The notes beneath the pieces are model-generated. The model saw only the letters and a list, made by a program, of their open reading frames with translations. It made no database searches and was not told the origin of the DNA. Below, one piece after another: positions 63,811-64,000 of a DNA stretch of 64,000 bases. Within the stretch, counting starts at the first letter, position 1. The number at the start of each line of letters is the position of its first letter. The position numbers were made by a program, and so were the translations under genes. This stretch comes from Adineta vaga (lineage: Eukaryota > Animalia > Rotifera): the NCBI GenBank assembly GCA_021613535.1, contig CP075496.1:15128001-15192000 (forward strand). The letters run 5' to 3'.

Positions 63811-64000
63811 AAAACTAAAAACGTCAGGAGGTACAATCGAAAGATAAATTGCTTGAGAAGAGTAAAGATATCGTTTGTCGACTGGCAAGGACATAGCGTC
63901 AATGGTAATAACACGAGAGACAGAACTTGTGTACTTATACAGAAAAGAACACGAAAAAAGGAATGAATGAAACTTAAGAAACACGTGGCTCGTGTATGCG

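Overview
AT-rich eukaryotic genomic DNA with short GT-AG introns, most consistent with a bdelloid rotifer (TGTGGG/TGAGGG telomere-type repeats, an Athena/Terminon-type retroelement, foreign-looking genes, ART-TPR, NACHT, TLDc, FG-GAP, Kelch and LDLa/EGF-GPCR families). The region looks subtelomere-like, TE-dense and rich in pseudogenes. Mobile elements include an Athena fragment with an intact -1 frameshift signal, a piggyBac, Tc1/mariner remnants, a full-length decayed Jockey/I-like LINE, hAT and other MITEs, and two copies of a structured tRNA-headed SINE. The most striking unexplained structure is a family of about 10 short (about 60-190 bp) head-to-head telomeric-repeat cassettes: [ATCTTGA]GGGTGTGGG..., a 15-30 nt non-telomeric spacer, then ...CCCACACCC[TCAAGAT]. 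They occur about every 6 kb, show no target-site duplication, and in at least four cases sit exactly where a gene or transposon is cut off without continuing on the other side. They are candidate telomere-seeded DNA-break repair scars or chromosome-breakage cassettes. All calls were made by eye, with no database searches.
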